Assembly (NCBI GenBank): GCA_029260215.1
Contig: JAJDDQ010000076.1
Location: forward strand, 32,148-96,147
DNA length: 64,000 bases
Reading direction: 5' to 3'
DNA from: Phycisphaerae bacterium
GTDB lineage: Bacteria; Planctomycetota; Phycisphaerae; UBA1845
Below the pieces are notes generated by a model, which was not told the DNA's origin, made no database searches, and saw only the letters and a list, made by a program, of their open reading frames with translations. The number at the start of each line of letters is the position of its first letter. The stretch's first letter is position 1. This document shows, one piece after another, positions 19,957 to 30,024 of this stretch. The position numbers and the translations under genes were made by a program.

Positions 19957-21134
19957 GGTGCAATCATCTCCGGTTGGCGATCTCTTGAATGCGCGTGACG
20001 ATGCGCCAACTCGCGGTAAAGGTCAAGAAACTGCTCGGCGGCCCGTCGCCACGTAAATTGCGCGACGCGATCATGCCCTTTGGCAATCATCTCTCGCCGA
20101 AGCACCTGATCGTTGACCACTCTGGCCAACGCGTCGGCCACACAGCTGGGATCGTGCGGGTCCACCAGCAGCCCCGCATCGCCGGCGATCTCCGGCAAAC
20201 TCGTGGTGTTGCTGCATACAACCGGTAGTCCGTAGGCCATCGCTTCCAAAACGGGAAGACCGAACCCCTCGTACAGTGAAATCAACACCAGCGCCGATGC
20301 ACCGGCGTAAAAAGACGGCACCATCTCATCGGGAACGTGGCCCGGTTGAATGATATCGTCTCGTTGCGGCGAACGGTCGATTCGCGCCTGCGTCGCTTCG
20401 CACATGAATGTCCGCGTGGCCCCCAGGAGGACAAGCTGCCCGTCGAAACGACCCGACGCACGCAATTTTTCGTAGGCTTCGATCAATACGGGGACGTTCT
20501 TTCGCGGCTCCAGTCGCCCGGTGTAGAGAATGTAAGGCTGTCGAATCCCGCATCGCTCCAGGAATGCAAGGTCGGGTTTTATCGCACCATTGCACTGGAA
20601 ATGACTGTCCAGTCCGTTGTGGATCGTTTGTATTCTCTGTCGCGTGCCGCCTGTTACGTCGAGAATATCCGACTTGGTGGCCTCTGACACGGTGACGATC
20701 ATGTCCGCACGACGCAGTGTCCAGTAGAATGTCTTTTTCAATTTCCAGGCCAACATTCGCGGATAGTGCTCTTTGAAATGCAGGAACCCCAGATCGTGAA
20801 CAGTGGCCACCACGGGGACTTTGCCCAAGAGCAGCGGTGTGACAAAGCAGGAGTGAAATACATCCGCCCCTATTTTTTTCAGCAGCTTTCCGGTCGAAAA
20901 CATGGTGCCGAGCTTGCCGCCGGGTTTCAGCAACTGGCAGGACGAACGGATGGATGGCGGGAGGACGTCCATCGCCTCCGCACGCGCCAGCACGGGAATG
21001 ATGCGAATGTCCCCGCCGCGAAACTCGTCGTCCAACAGAGCTGTGAGAAGGCACCGCTCGTACACTTCCGTGCCGCCCGCACTCGTGCCCAGCCGTTCAG
21101 CCAATACCGCTACCTTGATTGGGGCGTTCGTCAT
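19953..21134 (-). CDS. Glycosyltransferase family 4
   Basis: 'TVHDL', 'GRLEPRKNV', 'EGFGLPVLEAMAYG', 'SLPEIAGDAG'. Start at ATG 21134 (ATGA overlap). Confidence 0.95.
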   Translation of the reverse strand: MTNAPIKVAVLAERLGTSAGGTEVYERCLLTALLDDEFRGGDIRIIPVLARAEAMDVLPPSIRSSCQLLKPGGKLGTMFSTGKLLKKIGADVFHSCFVTPLLLGKVPVVATVHDLGFLHFKEHYPRMLAWKLKKTFYWTLRRADMIVTVSEATKSDILDVTGGTRQRIQTIHNGLDSHFQCNGAIKPDLAFLERCGIRQPYILYTGRLEPRKNVPVLIEAYEKLRASGRFDGQLVLLGATRTFMCEATQARIDRSPQRDDIIQPGHVPDEMVPSFYAGASALVLISLYEGFGLPVLEAMAYGLPVVCSNTTSLPEIAGDAGLLVDPHDPSCVADALARVVNDQVLRREMIAKGHDRVAQFTWRRAAEQFLDLYRELAHRHAHSRDRQPEMIAP

Positions 21135-22024
21135 GTTGGGCGCTCGTGTCGCATCCGCCGACGGTTGATCGCCAGGTGAATTCGTGTCCGCCCCCAAAGG
21201 CCCACAGCCGCAATCCACAGCAGTGGGTTCAATCCGCCCCACCCGTGGTGTTTGTAGAAATAACGCAGAGCGCCGCGATGAAAATCCCGAATGCCCAGCG
21301 GGCTGCGCACGCGCTTCGGCTGGTTCTGCTCGACGTGCAAAATCTCGGCGGAGGGGAAGCACCACACCTCCCACCCGGCATTGCGCACGCGCCGGAAGAA
21401 GTCTGCATCCACCCAATAGACGAAAAAATTCGGATCGATCCCGCCGGCTTCAAACAACGCCGAGCGCCGGACCAGAACAGCCGCAAACGCTGTCCAGTCG
21501 CACGGGAACGGAGTATTGCTGTCCTGCTCCGGAGCTTTCAGAAATCGTCGCGTGATTGGGTTCTCAGGCCACAGACGGCTCAGCAATGTCTGTCGGCCAA
21601 ACAGAGCGTTGAGCGGACTGGGAAACCGCCTTGCGGTCATCTGGATATCGCCGGTCACATCGCGAATGCGTGGTGCCACCGCGCCGAGACAGGGTTTGGA
21701 TTGCGCAAATTCCATAATGGCATCGATGCACCCCGGCTGAATGATCGTGTCACTGTCGAGAATGAACAGCCATTCGCCCTTCGACTCTCCGATCAGGTAG
21801 TGCAGACCGGGTGCCAACCCCCGATTCTCATCCCAGCGAGTCAGACGCACAGCCGGGTATTCTTCAGCGATCAGTTCGGGTGCGCCGTCCGTGGAGCGGT
21901 TGTCTACCACGAGCACTTCGGACTTCCCTTCGGGCAGATACTCGTAGAGGCTTTTGAGGCAGCGCGAGACATCGTCCTTGTGGTTGAAATTCACCATAAT
22001 GACGGAGATTAAGCAATCACTCAT
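21131..22024 (-). CDS. Glycosyltransferase family 2
   Basis: 'ISVIMVNFN', 'VVDNRSTDG', 'LDSD', 'FFVYWVDADF'. Confidence 0.95.
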   Translation of the reverse strand: MSDCLISVIMVNFNHKDDVSRCLKSLYEYLPEGKSEVLVVDNRSTDGAPELIAEEYPAVRLTRWDENRGLAPGLHYLIGESKGEWLFILDSDTIIQPGCIDAIMEFAQSKPCLGAVAPRIRDVTGDIQMTARRFPSPLNALFGRQTLLSRLWPENPITRRFLKAPEQDSNTPFPCDWTAFAAVLVRRSALFEAGGIDPNFFVYWVDADFFRRVRNAGWEVWCFPSAEILHVEQNQPKRVRSPLGIRDFHRGALRYFYKHHGWGGLNPLLWIAAVGLWGRTRIHLAINRRRMRHERPT

Positions 22025-22027
22025 GAC

Positions 22028-23506
22028 TTACCCCATTGCAAGTGCGGACGCTGCGGTTGCATCGTTCGGGCCGACTTCGAGATTCGGCTCGCCGGCTTTT
22101 GCCGCACTCATCTCGGCGGACAGCAGGCCATAAGCCCCGCACATCCCGGCGACCAGCCAGGCGTGCGGCATCCCTTTGTCGAACAGGTCCATCGCAAGAC
22201 CCGACACAAGAAAGACCAGTACGCTGATGTTCAACCCATGACCCACGCGGGCCATATCGGGCCTACCCAGTTTCACAAACTCCGCGATCGATCTGCGCAT
22301 CTGACGATGCAACATCCAATAGAATAACATCAGAACAACCAGCCCGGTAATGCCCGTTTGAGAAGCCACCTGAAAGTACGCGTTGTGCGGCGAAACGGCG
22401 TGTTCCTTGTCCGGATAACTGGTGAAATAATCGAAAATGCCGTAACGGTTGCCGTACCCCACACCGAGAAACGGATGGTCCACATACTGCCGCCAGGCGG
22501 CATCCAAAACCTGAATCCGCGTGGCGATGCTGGTTTCTTTTTTGCTGAACGCTGCCCCACTCAGAACCCGCTCACGATAACTCTTGGGCGCTGCGACGGC
22601 AAGCACGCAAACAGCCGCAAACATCACCATGATCGCCGCCGGTGTGATACGAATCAGTCGGCGCTTGACCATCAGTGCCACACACGCGGCGATAAGCACG
22701 ATGCCCGTTCGCGCATAGGTGGCCATGATCGTGCCCAGGAAAACAGCCAGCAAAATCGGGGGCAGGAGTTGCCGCGCGTCTCCTTTCTTTGCGTTCATCC
22801 CCAAGACAACGGTCGGGGCGAATACCAGGCAAATGTTGAGCGCGAGCATGATCGAGTGCGCACTCGCCCCGCTCGATCGTTCGACGTTGACACCGCTCAT
22901 AACGCCGACACCGACGTTCCGCTCCACGCCGGATTTTCTGTCGCCTTTGTCTTCCCATCCGTAGCGAACGTTGAACGCGGCTCGGGGTGTGAATCTCTGT
23001 ACAAGCGCATACCCCGAAAACGCGCCCGAAACGAGTATGAACAGCGTCAGGCATATATTGAGCACTTTGACACTGTCGATCAGTTGTACGACCAGAAAGA
23101 AAAATACAACCGTGGTCGATAGTCGAAAGAGCGCCTCGACACCGTTCTTTGTCTCCGCCCCACCGATGAGACTCAGTGCGCAAACACACAGGAACCCCGG
23201 CAGCAGATACATCCAGGGGAGACTACGAAACCGGATTCTGCGCAGGGCGAAATGTATCACCCAGGCTGCGAGCGTCACCACGGTCAGAACTTTTGAAACC
23301 GTCAATGCCAAGTGCTCGGTCAGATACCCCACACGCCCCGCAGTCTCCATCGGAATCGAGCAGGCGGTCAGGATGAGCCCCAACCGCGGATCACGCATGA
23401 TGAGCAGGCTCACGCCCAGCCCGCCGCACGCCCCCAGGACAAGGATCAGAAGTTTGGTTGTCCCAATCGCAGCCAGCATTATGACCTCTGCAACCTTCCG
23501 CGACAC
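22028..23506 (-). CDS. O-antigen ligase / Wzy polymerase family membrane protein
   Basis: Multiple TM helices; 'TYARTG', 'HPFLGVGYGN', 'PHNAYFQVASQTGITG'. Confidence 0.9.
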   Translation of the reverse strand: MSRKVAEVIMLAAIGTTKLLILVLGACGGLGVSLLIMRDPRLGLILTACSIPMETAGRVGYLTEHLALTVSKVLTVVTLAAWVIHFALRRIRFRSLPWMYLLPGFLCVCALSLIGGAETKNGVEALFRLSTTVVFFFLVVQLIDSVKVLNICLTLFILVSGAFSGYALVQRFTPRAAFNVRYGWEDKGDRKSGVERNVGVGVMSGVNVERSSGASAHSIMLALNICLVFAPTVVLGMNAKKGDARQLLPPILLAVFLGTIMATYARTGIVLIAACVALMVKRRLIRITPAAIMVMFAAVCVLAVAAPKSYRERVLSGAAFSKKETSIATRIQVLDAAWRQYVDHPFLGVGYGNRYGIFDYFTSYPDKEHAVSPHNAYFQVASQTGITGLVVLMLFYWMLHRQMRRSIAEFVKLGRPDMARVGHGLNISVLVFLVSGLAMDLFDKGMPHAWLVAGMCGAYGLLSAEMSAAKAGEPNLEVGPNDATAASALAMG

Positions 23507-24759
23507 ATATCGCCCAGAAAGGCGGCCACCACTCCGATCATCAGCACGTCAAACGGCAGACGAAGCCGGATCCGCGTAATAAAGGCCGCGTAAATAAGCG
23601 CACTGGCTAAGTAGACAACAATGAAGAGCACCTCCACACTGGATGCCTTGTATCGCGTCAACAGCAGAACGCGAATGACGAAAGCGGCCAGCAGCGGACC
23701 ATACGTCATGAGCATGAGAATATCCTTCAGGCTCGATGATTCCTTCTGGGCGCCCAAAGTGTTGCGGTAGTTGAAGTAGTTCAAGAATTTCTTGAAATAC
23801 AACTCCACCGTCCGCATCTTGTTGTGCAGCATGTACTCGATGGCCTTGGTTCTGTAAAAAGCGTCCCGCACGACCTCGTTCATTCCCAAGTCCGCAGCCT
23901 CACGATCGTAGTCCGACATGTCCAGTCTCGCACCGGTTGTCGCCGTCGTGTCCTTCGAATTGCCGAACAGAAGATTTAACCCGCTGTTGCATGACACATA
24001 GGCGAACGCATCGAAGACAACGTAGTTTCTCACGCTCCACGCACCCGCCGGTAACGCCGAAATCAGGAGCATGAGCACGAGCCCCTTCCAGCTCACCACC
24101 ACCTTCGAGCACATAAGGAATGCGGCGGTCACCACAAGCATGAACGTGAAGAATGGACACGCGAGAATCAAGAATCCGCCAAGAATTCCGGGCAAAATGA
24201 ATCGCCGCAAAGAATGACCGGCCTTTAACAGGAGCAATACGATCAATAAGAACACAGTGGCTGAGATGGTCTGCGGGTACAGCGTGCCCGCGGAATAGAA
24301 CAGAACCGGATAGCAGAGAATGAGCACGGCGCTCATGCCAGCCGCACAAGCAGAGGAATAGGTCTTGAGCAGCTTGTGCAGAAAATAAATACCAACCGCC
24401 ATCGCCAGGAAATTGAGAATGCGCAGATGCACAACGTCGGCACCACAACGAACCAGCAACGCGAGCAATGCAGGATAGCCCGGCGGTCGAAACGCCGTGA
24501 GATTCTCTCCGTCAACGGTGAATCGGCCTTCCTGTGCGATGTTCACCGCCAGCCGGTAGTAGTCCCGCTCGTCCGGAAAACGCAGTGTGTCGCCGAGGAA
24601 TATGGAGTATGCTGCGCCAGCCAGCATCACAATCGCAATAACAATGAAAAGGATCGCCTGGGATCTGTGCTCGACGAAGTGGCTGAACCTCTGCGCAAGC
24701 GCTTCCTTCGCCCCGCCGGACTCGTTCGTCGCAATCGTGTTGTGCCAATTCTCAGTCAT
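23479..24759 (-). CDS. GT-C fold (ArnT/PMT-like) membrane glycosyltransferase
   Basis: 'PDERDYYRLA', 'TAFRPPGYP', 'WSVRNY', 'RLRLP'; polytopic membrane protein. Confidence 0.8.
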   Translation of the reverse strand: MTENWHNTIATNESGGAKEALAQRFSHFVEHRSQAILFIVIAIVMLAGAAYSIFLGDTLRFPDERDYYRLAVNIAQEGRFTVDGENLTAFRPPGYPALLALLVRCGADVVHLRILNFLAMAVGIYFLHKLLKTYSSACAAGMSAVLILCYPVLFYSAGTLYPQTISATVFLLIVLLLLKAGHSLRRFILPGILGGFLILACPFFTFMLVVTAAFLMCSKVVVSWKGLVLMLLISALPAGAWSVRNYVVFDAFAYVSCNSGLNLLFGNSKDTTATTGARLDMSDYDREAADLGMNEVVRDAFYRTKAIEYMLHNKMRTVELYFKKFLNYFNYRNTLGAQKESSSLKDILMLMTYGPLLAAFVIRVLLLTRYKASSVEVLFIVVYLASALIYAAFITRIRLRLPFDVLMIGVVAAFLGDMCRGRLQRS

Positions 24760-24785
24760 TCCGAATTCAATTTGACAGCGTCATG

Positions 24786-27389
24786 TTAATTGGGCCGTAT
24801 CTTTATCCAGTCAAGCCCAAACAAATAAGAATCGCCGGCGGCCTGATTGGCTCCGACGATCGCAACAAACAGCTTGTGGTCTCCCTGGCTCAGGCGATGC
24901 GTACCGAGGGAGAGCGTTCCGCCCGGTGTCACGCTCGGGTAGTATTGATCGAAAGTGTCGCCAATCTTCTTGCCATCCAACATGAAGCGGACGATCCCGT
25001 AGTCGTTGGCTTTGGTCAAGCGAACTTCGATCGCGTACTTGCCGGCCTTGGGTACGGGCAGCGCCAACGTGAGACGATCGCCCGGGCGCCCGCCGCCCCA
25101 GAATAGCTGCGCATCGCCGCTCCAATCGCCGTCATAGTTGAACAATTCCTGCCGCTCAGCCACACCGCGTGTAGTCTCAAGAACGCGCAACTGCTCGCCC
25201 TCTATCGCGTCACGCTCTGTATACGAACGCGGCTCGATGTAGTACCCGCTGCGCCGGCCAACGGGTACGGGCGAATATGGATCAACCCCGCCCGCGTCCA
25301 GATACCAGTACACCGTCGCGTCGTACAGTGTTTGACTTCGGTTTAGGAAATACTTCTCAATAACACCGTCAAAGGATTCCTGGAACGGAACACTGTCGGA
25401 AATGTGCCAGCGGTTGACGGAAATGTGACCTCGGTTCTCACCATCGTTACGTGTTTGACTGTGAAAGGCCTTGTGGAAAATGTCCGGGCTGCACCATGCG
25501 TAACCGAAATAGTCCTCAGAGCCTGTTCCAAATGTTGACGGAAATTTCTCGCCATCGACAAAGAACTTCTCATCCCCCTCACCCCACCAGTGCCCGCGCG
25601 GGTTCCAGATGTGCAGAGCCACGCCGCAATAACGCCCCCGCCCGCTCGTTTCAAGCAGCGTCCAGTCCATCCATCGCGTAGCCTCACGCGGCGCGAAGGC
25701 ATCACGATGCCACTTGACATGAAACCGCCCGAGTTGATTCAGCGGGCGTGTGGTCGGAGCGTGCGTAATCCGAAATGCGAAGGATCGAGACCGCGCACCA
25801 TCGTTCGTCAGGGTGATGGCCGCTTTTTTTGAAAACGGCATATACCAGTACGAATAGAACCCATCTTTGGTCATTCCGCACGGAAGCGATCGGTAATTAT
25901 TAACACCCGGAGCCGTCCCGAAAAAGTCTCCTAGCGGAGTCCATACTGCTGGGCTACGATCATCGTCCCAGGTAATACTCAGCGTGACTTCTCGCAGTGC
26001 AGCACCCATTTCATCCGGCGGCACATCGACAGGTGTCACCTTCAGAGCGGTGACGGCACGCGGGCCTTTCAGAGTGGCCACTGTAACGGTCTGCCCAGCA
26101 GGACATATGATATTGCGTGTCTCCGTTGCGCTCGCCGTACGCGACGATGCCGGATCAGTCCCGAGTCGATCCCGAAGAAAAGCGTCCGTAGCCACTAGAG
26201 CGCCCCTGCCGTCTTTGGAAAGTTGGCGTGTGAACGTCGGAACGATTGTGCCCGTGGGGAATGTCTTGTACGTAAAGTGATAATACATTCCCCAACCGGG
26301 GTCCGCAACTATTTTGCACGACTTCTGGTAGGGAATGGGCACGTAGCAATTCGCACCCTTGGCTGAGTGATAGACAAGCGAAGGAAAATCGAAGGGGGAA
26401 TTACGACCGTCAAAATACCCGGCAAACGGAAGATCAATCGCCGGCTGATCCGATCCGTCGAGATAAATCTTAACGTGCCCTTTGCCGGGCTGTGCGGTCC
26501 AGATGCGCGTGATACAACCCGGGCCTGCCATTTCCGCAAGAACAGCCCGATCGCCTTCCATGCGAATCACGCCGACGCCGTCTTCATTCGCGCCCCAACC
26601 GGCATACTGCGCAGTGTCAGCCGCGTAGCGACTCCGCCGATCGTAGCTCGACCACTGCGCGCTACGTTCGCCCGGCAGGGGTAAGACTGCCAATCGCTCC
26701 AGATGGGTCAAATCGCCTACAAGATCGGAATACGTCAGTCGATTCGTGTCGTTTGGCGCACTATTGGGAACAGGCAGGGCAACTGCCTTGTCCGTTTGAA
26801 GCAGCGCCTCTGTACCGACCGACATATCCCGCACCCATACGGTCCGTTCACCGCGTGCATCTCCGTCAGACCCGTTGAGATCGACAAGAAACACACGATC
26901 GATCAGTGCAGCATCCATCTGCCCGGTCGCACCGTCACCAAATGGACGAAGATCAGCAGAGGTAAGCGCAATGCGCTGCCACGACTGCGACACATCGAAA
27001 TAGGTGAGGAATATCTTCTTGTCCGACTGGTCAAACCGTATGAACAGCGGCCCGTCACGATCGCTCCTGACCTCGAACGACAGTCGGCCTATCGCTTTCC
27101 AGGCACTACCAGCCGTACAAGTGATGACCGTCGGCTCCTTGCCGTACACGATGTGCCATCGAAACCCCGCCACACCGCCAGCCTCGCGTTCCATCGTCAA
27201 TCGACCGCTCAGCGCAACCCACTGCTCAGGACCGATCACGTCACGCTGCGGGCCAGCCGATACGACCGAACCCAACAGAAGCACAGCCGCAATCACGCAC
27301 CGCGCGGCAGTCAGTGAAAATATCGATGTCCATGCCTCGCGCATCGAATGCACCCGTGAGGAAACAACTATGTTTGACAGTCGTTTCAA
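24786..27389 (-). CDS. DUF2961/GH172 family glycoside hydrolase with N-terminal CBM11-like and C-terminal CBM-like modules
   Basis: 'SSYDR', 'GPGCITRIW', 'PLGDFFG', 'WWGEGDEKFFVDGE..PSTFGTGSEDYFGYAW'. Confidence 0.85.
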   Translation of the reverse strand: MKRLSNIVVSSRVHSMREAWTSIFSLTAARCVIAAVLLLGSVVSAGPQRDVIGPEQWVALSGRLTMEREAGGVAGFRWHIVYGKEPTVITCTAGSAWKAIGRLSFEVRSDRDGPLFIRFDQSDKKIFLTYFDVSQSWQRIALTSADLRPFGDGATGQMDAALIDRVFLVDLNGSDGDARGERTVWVRDMSVGTEALLQTDKAVALPVPNSAPNDTNRLTYSDLVGDLTHLERLAVLPLPGERSAQWSSYDRRSRYAADTAQYAGWGANEDGVGVIRMEGDRAVLAEMAGPGCITRIWTAQPGKGHVKIYLDGSDQPAIDLPFAGYFDGRNSPFDFPSLVYHSAKGANCYVPIPYQKSCKIVADPGWGMYYHFTYKTFPTGTIVPTFTRQLSKDGRGALVATDAFLRDRLGTDPASSRTASATETRNIICPAGQTVTVATLKGPRAVTALKVTPVDVPPDEMGAALREVTLSITWDDDRSPAVWTPLGDFFGTAPGVNNYRSLPCGMTKDGFYSYWYMPFSKKAAITLTNDGARSRSFAFRITHAPTTRPLNQLGRFHVKWHRDAFAPREATRWMDWTLLETSGRGRYCGVALHIWNPRGHWWGEGDEKFFVDGEKFPSTFGTGSEDYFGYAWCSPDIFHKAFHSQTRNDGENRGHISVNRWHISDSVPFQESFDGVIEKYFLNRSQTLYDATVYWYLDAGGVDPYSPVPVGRRSGYYIEPRSYTERDAIEGEQLRVLETTRGVAERQELFNYDGDWSGDAQLFWGGGRPGDRLTLALPVPKAGKYAIEVRLTKANDYGIVRFMLDGKKIGDTFDQYYPSVTPGGTLSLGTHRLSQGDHKLFVAIVGANQAAGDSYLFGLDWIKIRPN

Positions 27390-28573
27390 ACCGCCTCCGA
27401 CTGAGATACTGAAGTCGCCAACGCAGGCTCCGCCCGATTCGACCTGCCCGTCAAAAGACGATCATAGACTGCCTCAAGTTTTTCCCGGGCAATATCCATG
27501 TTGTAGTGACTAAGCATCAACTCCCGTCCGTTGGCCCCGTACTGCTGACACAAATCGGGGCGAACGGCTGCCTCCGTCATCGCAGCCGCCAACGATTTAC
27601 TGTCCCCTGGAGGTACGAGCCACCCCGTTTCACCCGGAATGACTGCTTCCGGCGTCCCGTCAACATTGCTTCCGATGATCGGCAGCCCCGCCGCCATGCT
27701 CTCGTAAATCCCCGCGGGAAGCCCTTCCGCCAAGCTGGCATGGACCGTCACATCCATAGCCAAAAGTATGTCCGCGACGTCCGTCACGAAACCCGGAATG
27801 ACAACCCGGTCCGCAATTCCCAGCCGCAATGCATACTGCCACACCTGGTCTTCAAGAGGCCCCTTGCCGAGAAGAAGCAGCTTGGCGCGTGGCTGTTTCT
27901 CCAAGACTGTCTTCATTGCATCCATCAATACAAGATGCGCCTTTTCCGGATAGAAACGAGCCACATACACAAAAGCAATGTCATCCTCGCCAATACCGAA
28001 TCGCGATCTGATCTGATTGCGATCCACTTCCGACCGGAACCGACTTGAGGATATCCCCGATATCAGTAACTCTGTACGCTCCGCAGAGACACCCCGCGAC
28101 ACACACTGTTGACGTGTAGCGTCACAGATCACCGTCACGAGATCGAAATGGCGGATGTACCGCGCATCGATCCACTCACTGACGTATATTTTCAATGGAC
28201 GTTTGAACCACACATAGACTGTCGTCAAAATCGGAATACCGGTGCGCTTGGCTGCGTAATACCCCAGGACGTCGCTGCGCCAATCATGCGTGTGCAGCAG
28301 TTGTGCATTCGTTTCGCGAATGATCCGCACCAGTGTATCCACAGCGCGCCGAAACTGACGCCCAGGCCACCACGGAAGATCCAATATCTCGTGACCGTGT
28401 GCCGCGACGGGATCGCCGTACGCCCGTTCGATGCCGTCGCGGTTCTTGAACAGCGCAGTAGGACACCTGAACCGGCTCTGATCCATATGATCCAGCCAAC
28501 CCAGCATGGTCGTTTCAACACCGCCGAACGCGACGCTGTTTCGGACCCACAGGACCGTTGTCGGTTCAGTCAT
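27386..28573 (-). CDS. Glycosyltransferase family 4
   Basis: 'GGVE', 'HTHD', 'ARFYPEKAH', 'EGLPAGIYESMAAGLP'. Start at ATG 28573. Confidence 0.92.
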   Translation of the reverse strand: MTEPTTVLWVRNSVAFGGVETTMLGWLDHMDQSRFRCPTALFKNRDGIERAYGDPVAAHGHEILDLPWWPGRQFRRAVDTLVRIIRETNAQLLHTHDWRSDVLGYYAAKRTGIPILTTVYVWFKRPLKIYVSEWIDARYIRHFDLVTVICDATRQQCVSRGVSAERTELLISGISSSRFRSEVDRNQIRSRFGIGEDDIAFVYVARFYPEKAHLVLMDAMKTVLEKQPRAKLLLLGKGPLEDQVWQYALRLGIADRVVIPGFVTDVADILLAMDVTVHASLAEGLPAGIYESMAAGLPIIGSNVDGTPEAVIPGETGWLVPPGDSKSLAAAMTEAAVRPDLCQQYGANGRELMLSHYNMDIAREKLEAVYDRLLTGRSNRAEPALATSVSQSEAV

Positions 28574-28593
28574 GGCATACCCCTGCCCGATCT

Positions 28594-29976
28594 TCACGCC
28601 CCGGTTTTCGCCGCCGACAATGCACGCCGCGGCGCATTCCTCAAACACCACACGATCGCAACGACCAGCAACACAGACGCCACCGTACGCAACCCTACCG
28701 TAGTCCAGGCAGCCCCCACGATACCGCCGAACCCAACAGCCCACTTGTACGCGGGAAAGCTCAACGCGAGCAACGTCAGGTGCATCGCCGCAATCAAGTG
28801 AAAGTACCGCTTGGCATACAATATCCCGACCAGAGGAAAAACGATCAGCGAGACCGTATTCCCCCAGTACAGAATCCTCGCCACCGCAACAGCCCCCGTG
28901 TACTCAACACCAAAAAGCAACGGGATGTACCAGCCCGCCAGCAACACCAGCGGCAAACTCAGCAACGCCACTGCGGTAGTCAGTGTCAGTGTGCGTCGTG
29001 TCCACGAGACAAAGTCCTCGTAGTGAATTAGATGACAAACTTTTGGAATCATCACCGTCATGATCGTCACATTGCAAAGATCGACAATCGTCAATACCTG
29101 CCACGCAGCATTGTAAGTCGCGACCTCACTGTTGCTGGCCTGACTGGTCAAAACAAATATGTCCATCCGGCTGTAAGCCGTAAACGCGAAAGCAGCCAGC
29201 ATGTTCCAGCCGCCGCATCGCCAAACGTCCGCGACGGCGGCCAACACCGGACGCAACCGCCAATTCTGAAACAGCAGCTCGATCCAGTCGCCGATCCCTA
29301 CAATGAGCGCGCTCGTAAACAGGCATCCCGAAATAATCCAGATAGCCCGCGTCCATGTGAGGCTCCCCAGAAATAGAAAAACCAGCAACAGCGCGACCCT
29401 GAGCAAATTGCTGGCGGGCTGAATCATCGCCAGCGTCCCGAACTCCAGCCGTGCCTGCCGTCGCGTGAGGACGAAACTCCATAGGCCGAACCCGAGAATC
29501 GCGAGCATGACTCCCGGCAAACCATCCGCTAATTCCGGGCGACCCAACAAGCCTACAATGGCTTGCGGAAACGCCATCAGTCCGGCAAACGCGATCGAAC
29601 AGAAGAACACCTTCAAGATCAGTCCGGCGCGGAATACGTCGTTGGACCGTTCGACAGACCCCGCTGCCGCCTCAGTCCCCAACCGGATCATGCTGTCGTT
29701 TATGCCCCGCCCCACCAACTCCTGAGCCACAAGAAAAACCGCCAACGCAGAACTTACCAGGCCGTAATCCTCCTGCGACAAACCCTTGAGCAGCACCAAG
29801 CCGCCGATAAACCCCAAAGCGGCGTTCGCACCTGTCGAGAGCACCATCCATGACGTATGCTTGAAATCAACACGTAAGTCGCTCTTCAAACGCCACCGCT
29901 CCCACCGTCCGCAAAATCTGATGTTGTCTGTGGAGTGCTCCGCACCGAGCGAAGAATCAACATTTCTTCTCTGCAC
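28594..29976 (-). CDS. wzx: Wzx-type oligosaccharide flippase
   Basis: About 12 TM segments; 'EDYG', 'RMDIFVL', 'VATYNAA', 'LLFGVEY', 'GIVGAAW'. Confidence 0.88.
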   Translation of the reverse strand: MQRRNVDSSLGAEHSTDNIRFCGRWERWRLKSDLRVDFKHTSWMVLSTGANAALGFIGGLVLLKGLSQEDYGLVSSALAVFLVAQELVGRGINDSMIRLGTEAAAGSVERSNDVFRAGLILKVFFCSIAFAGLMAFPQAIVGLLGRPELADGLPGVMLAILGFGLWSFVLTRRQARLEFGTLAMIQPASNLLRVALLLVFLFLGSLTWTRAIWIISGCLFTSALIVGIGDWIELLFQNWRLRPVLAAVADVWRCGGWNMLAAFAFTAYSRMDIFVLTSQASNSEVATYNAAWQVLTIVDLCNVTIMTVMIPKVCHLIHYEDFVSWTRRTLTLTTAVALLSLPLVLLAGWYIPLLFGVEYTGAVAVARILYWGNTVSLIVFPLVGILYAKRYFHLIAAMHLTLLALSFPAYKWAVGFGGIVGAAWTTVGLRTVASVLLVVAIVWCLRNAPRRALSAAKTGA

Positions 29977-30024
29977 GCCGCATCATCGGCTGGACAACCC
30001 CATCAAGTCGCAGCTGTCACCGGT

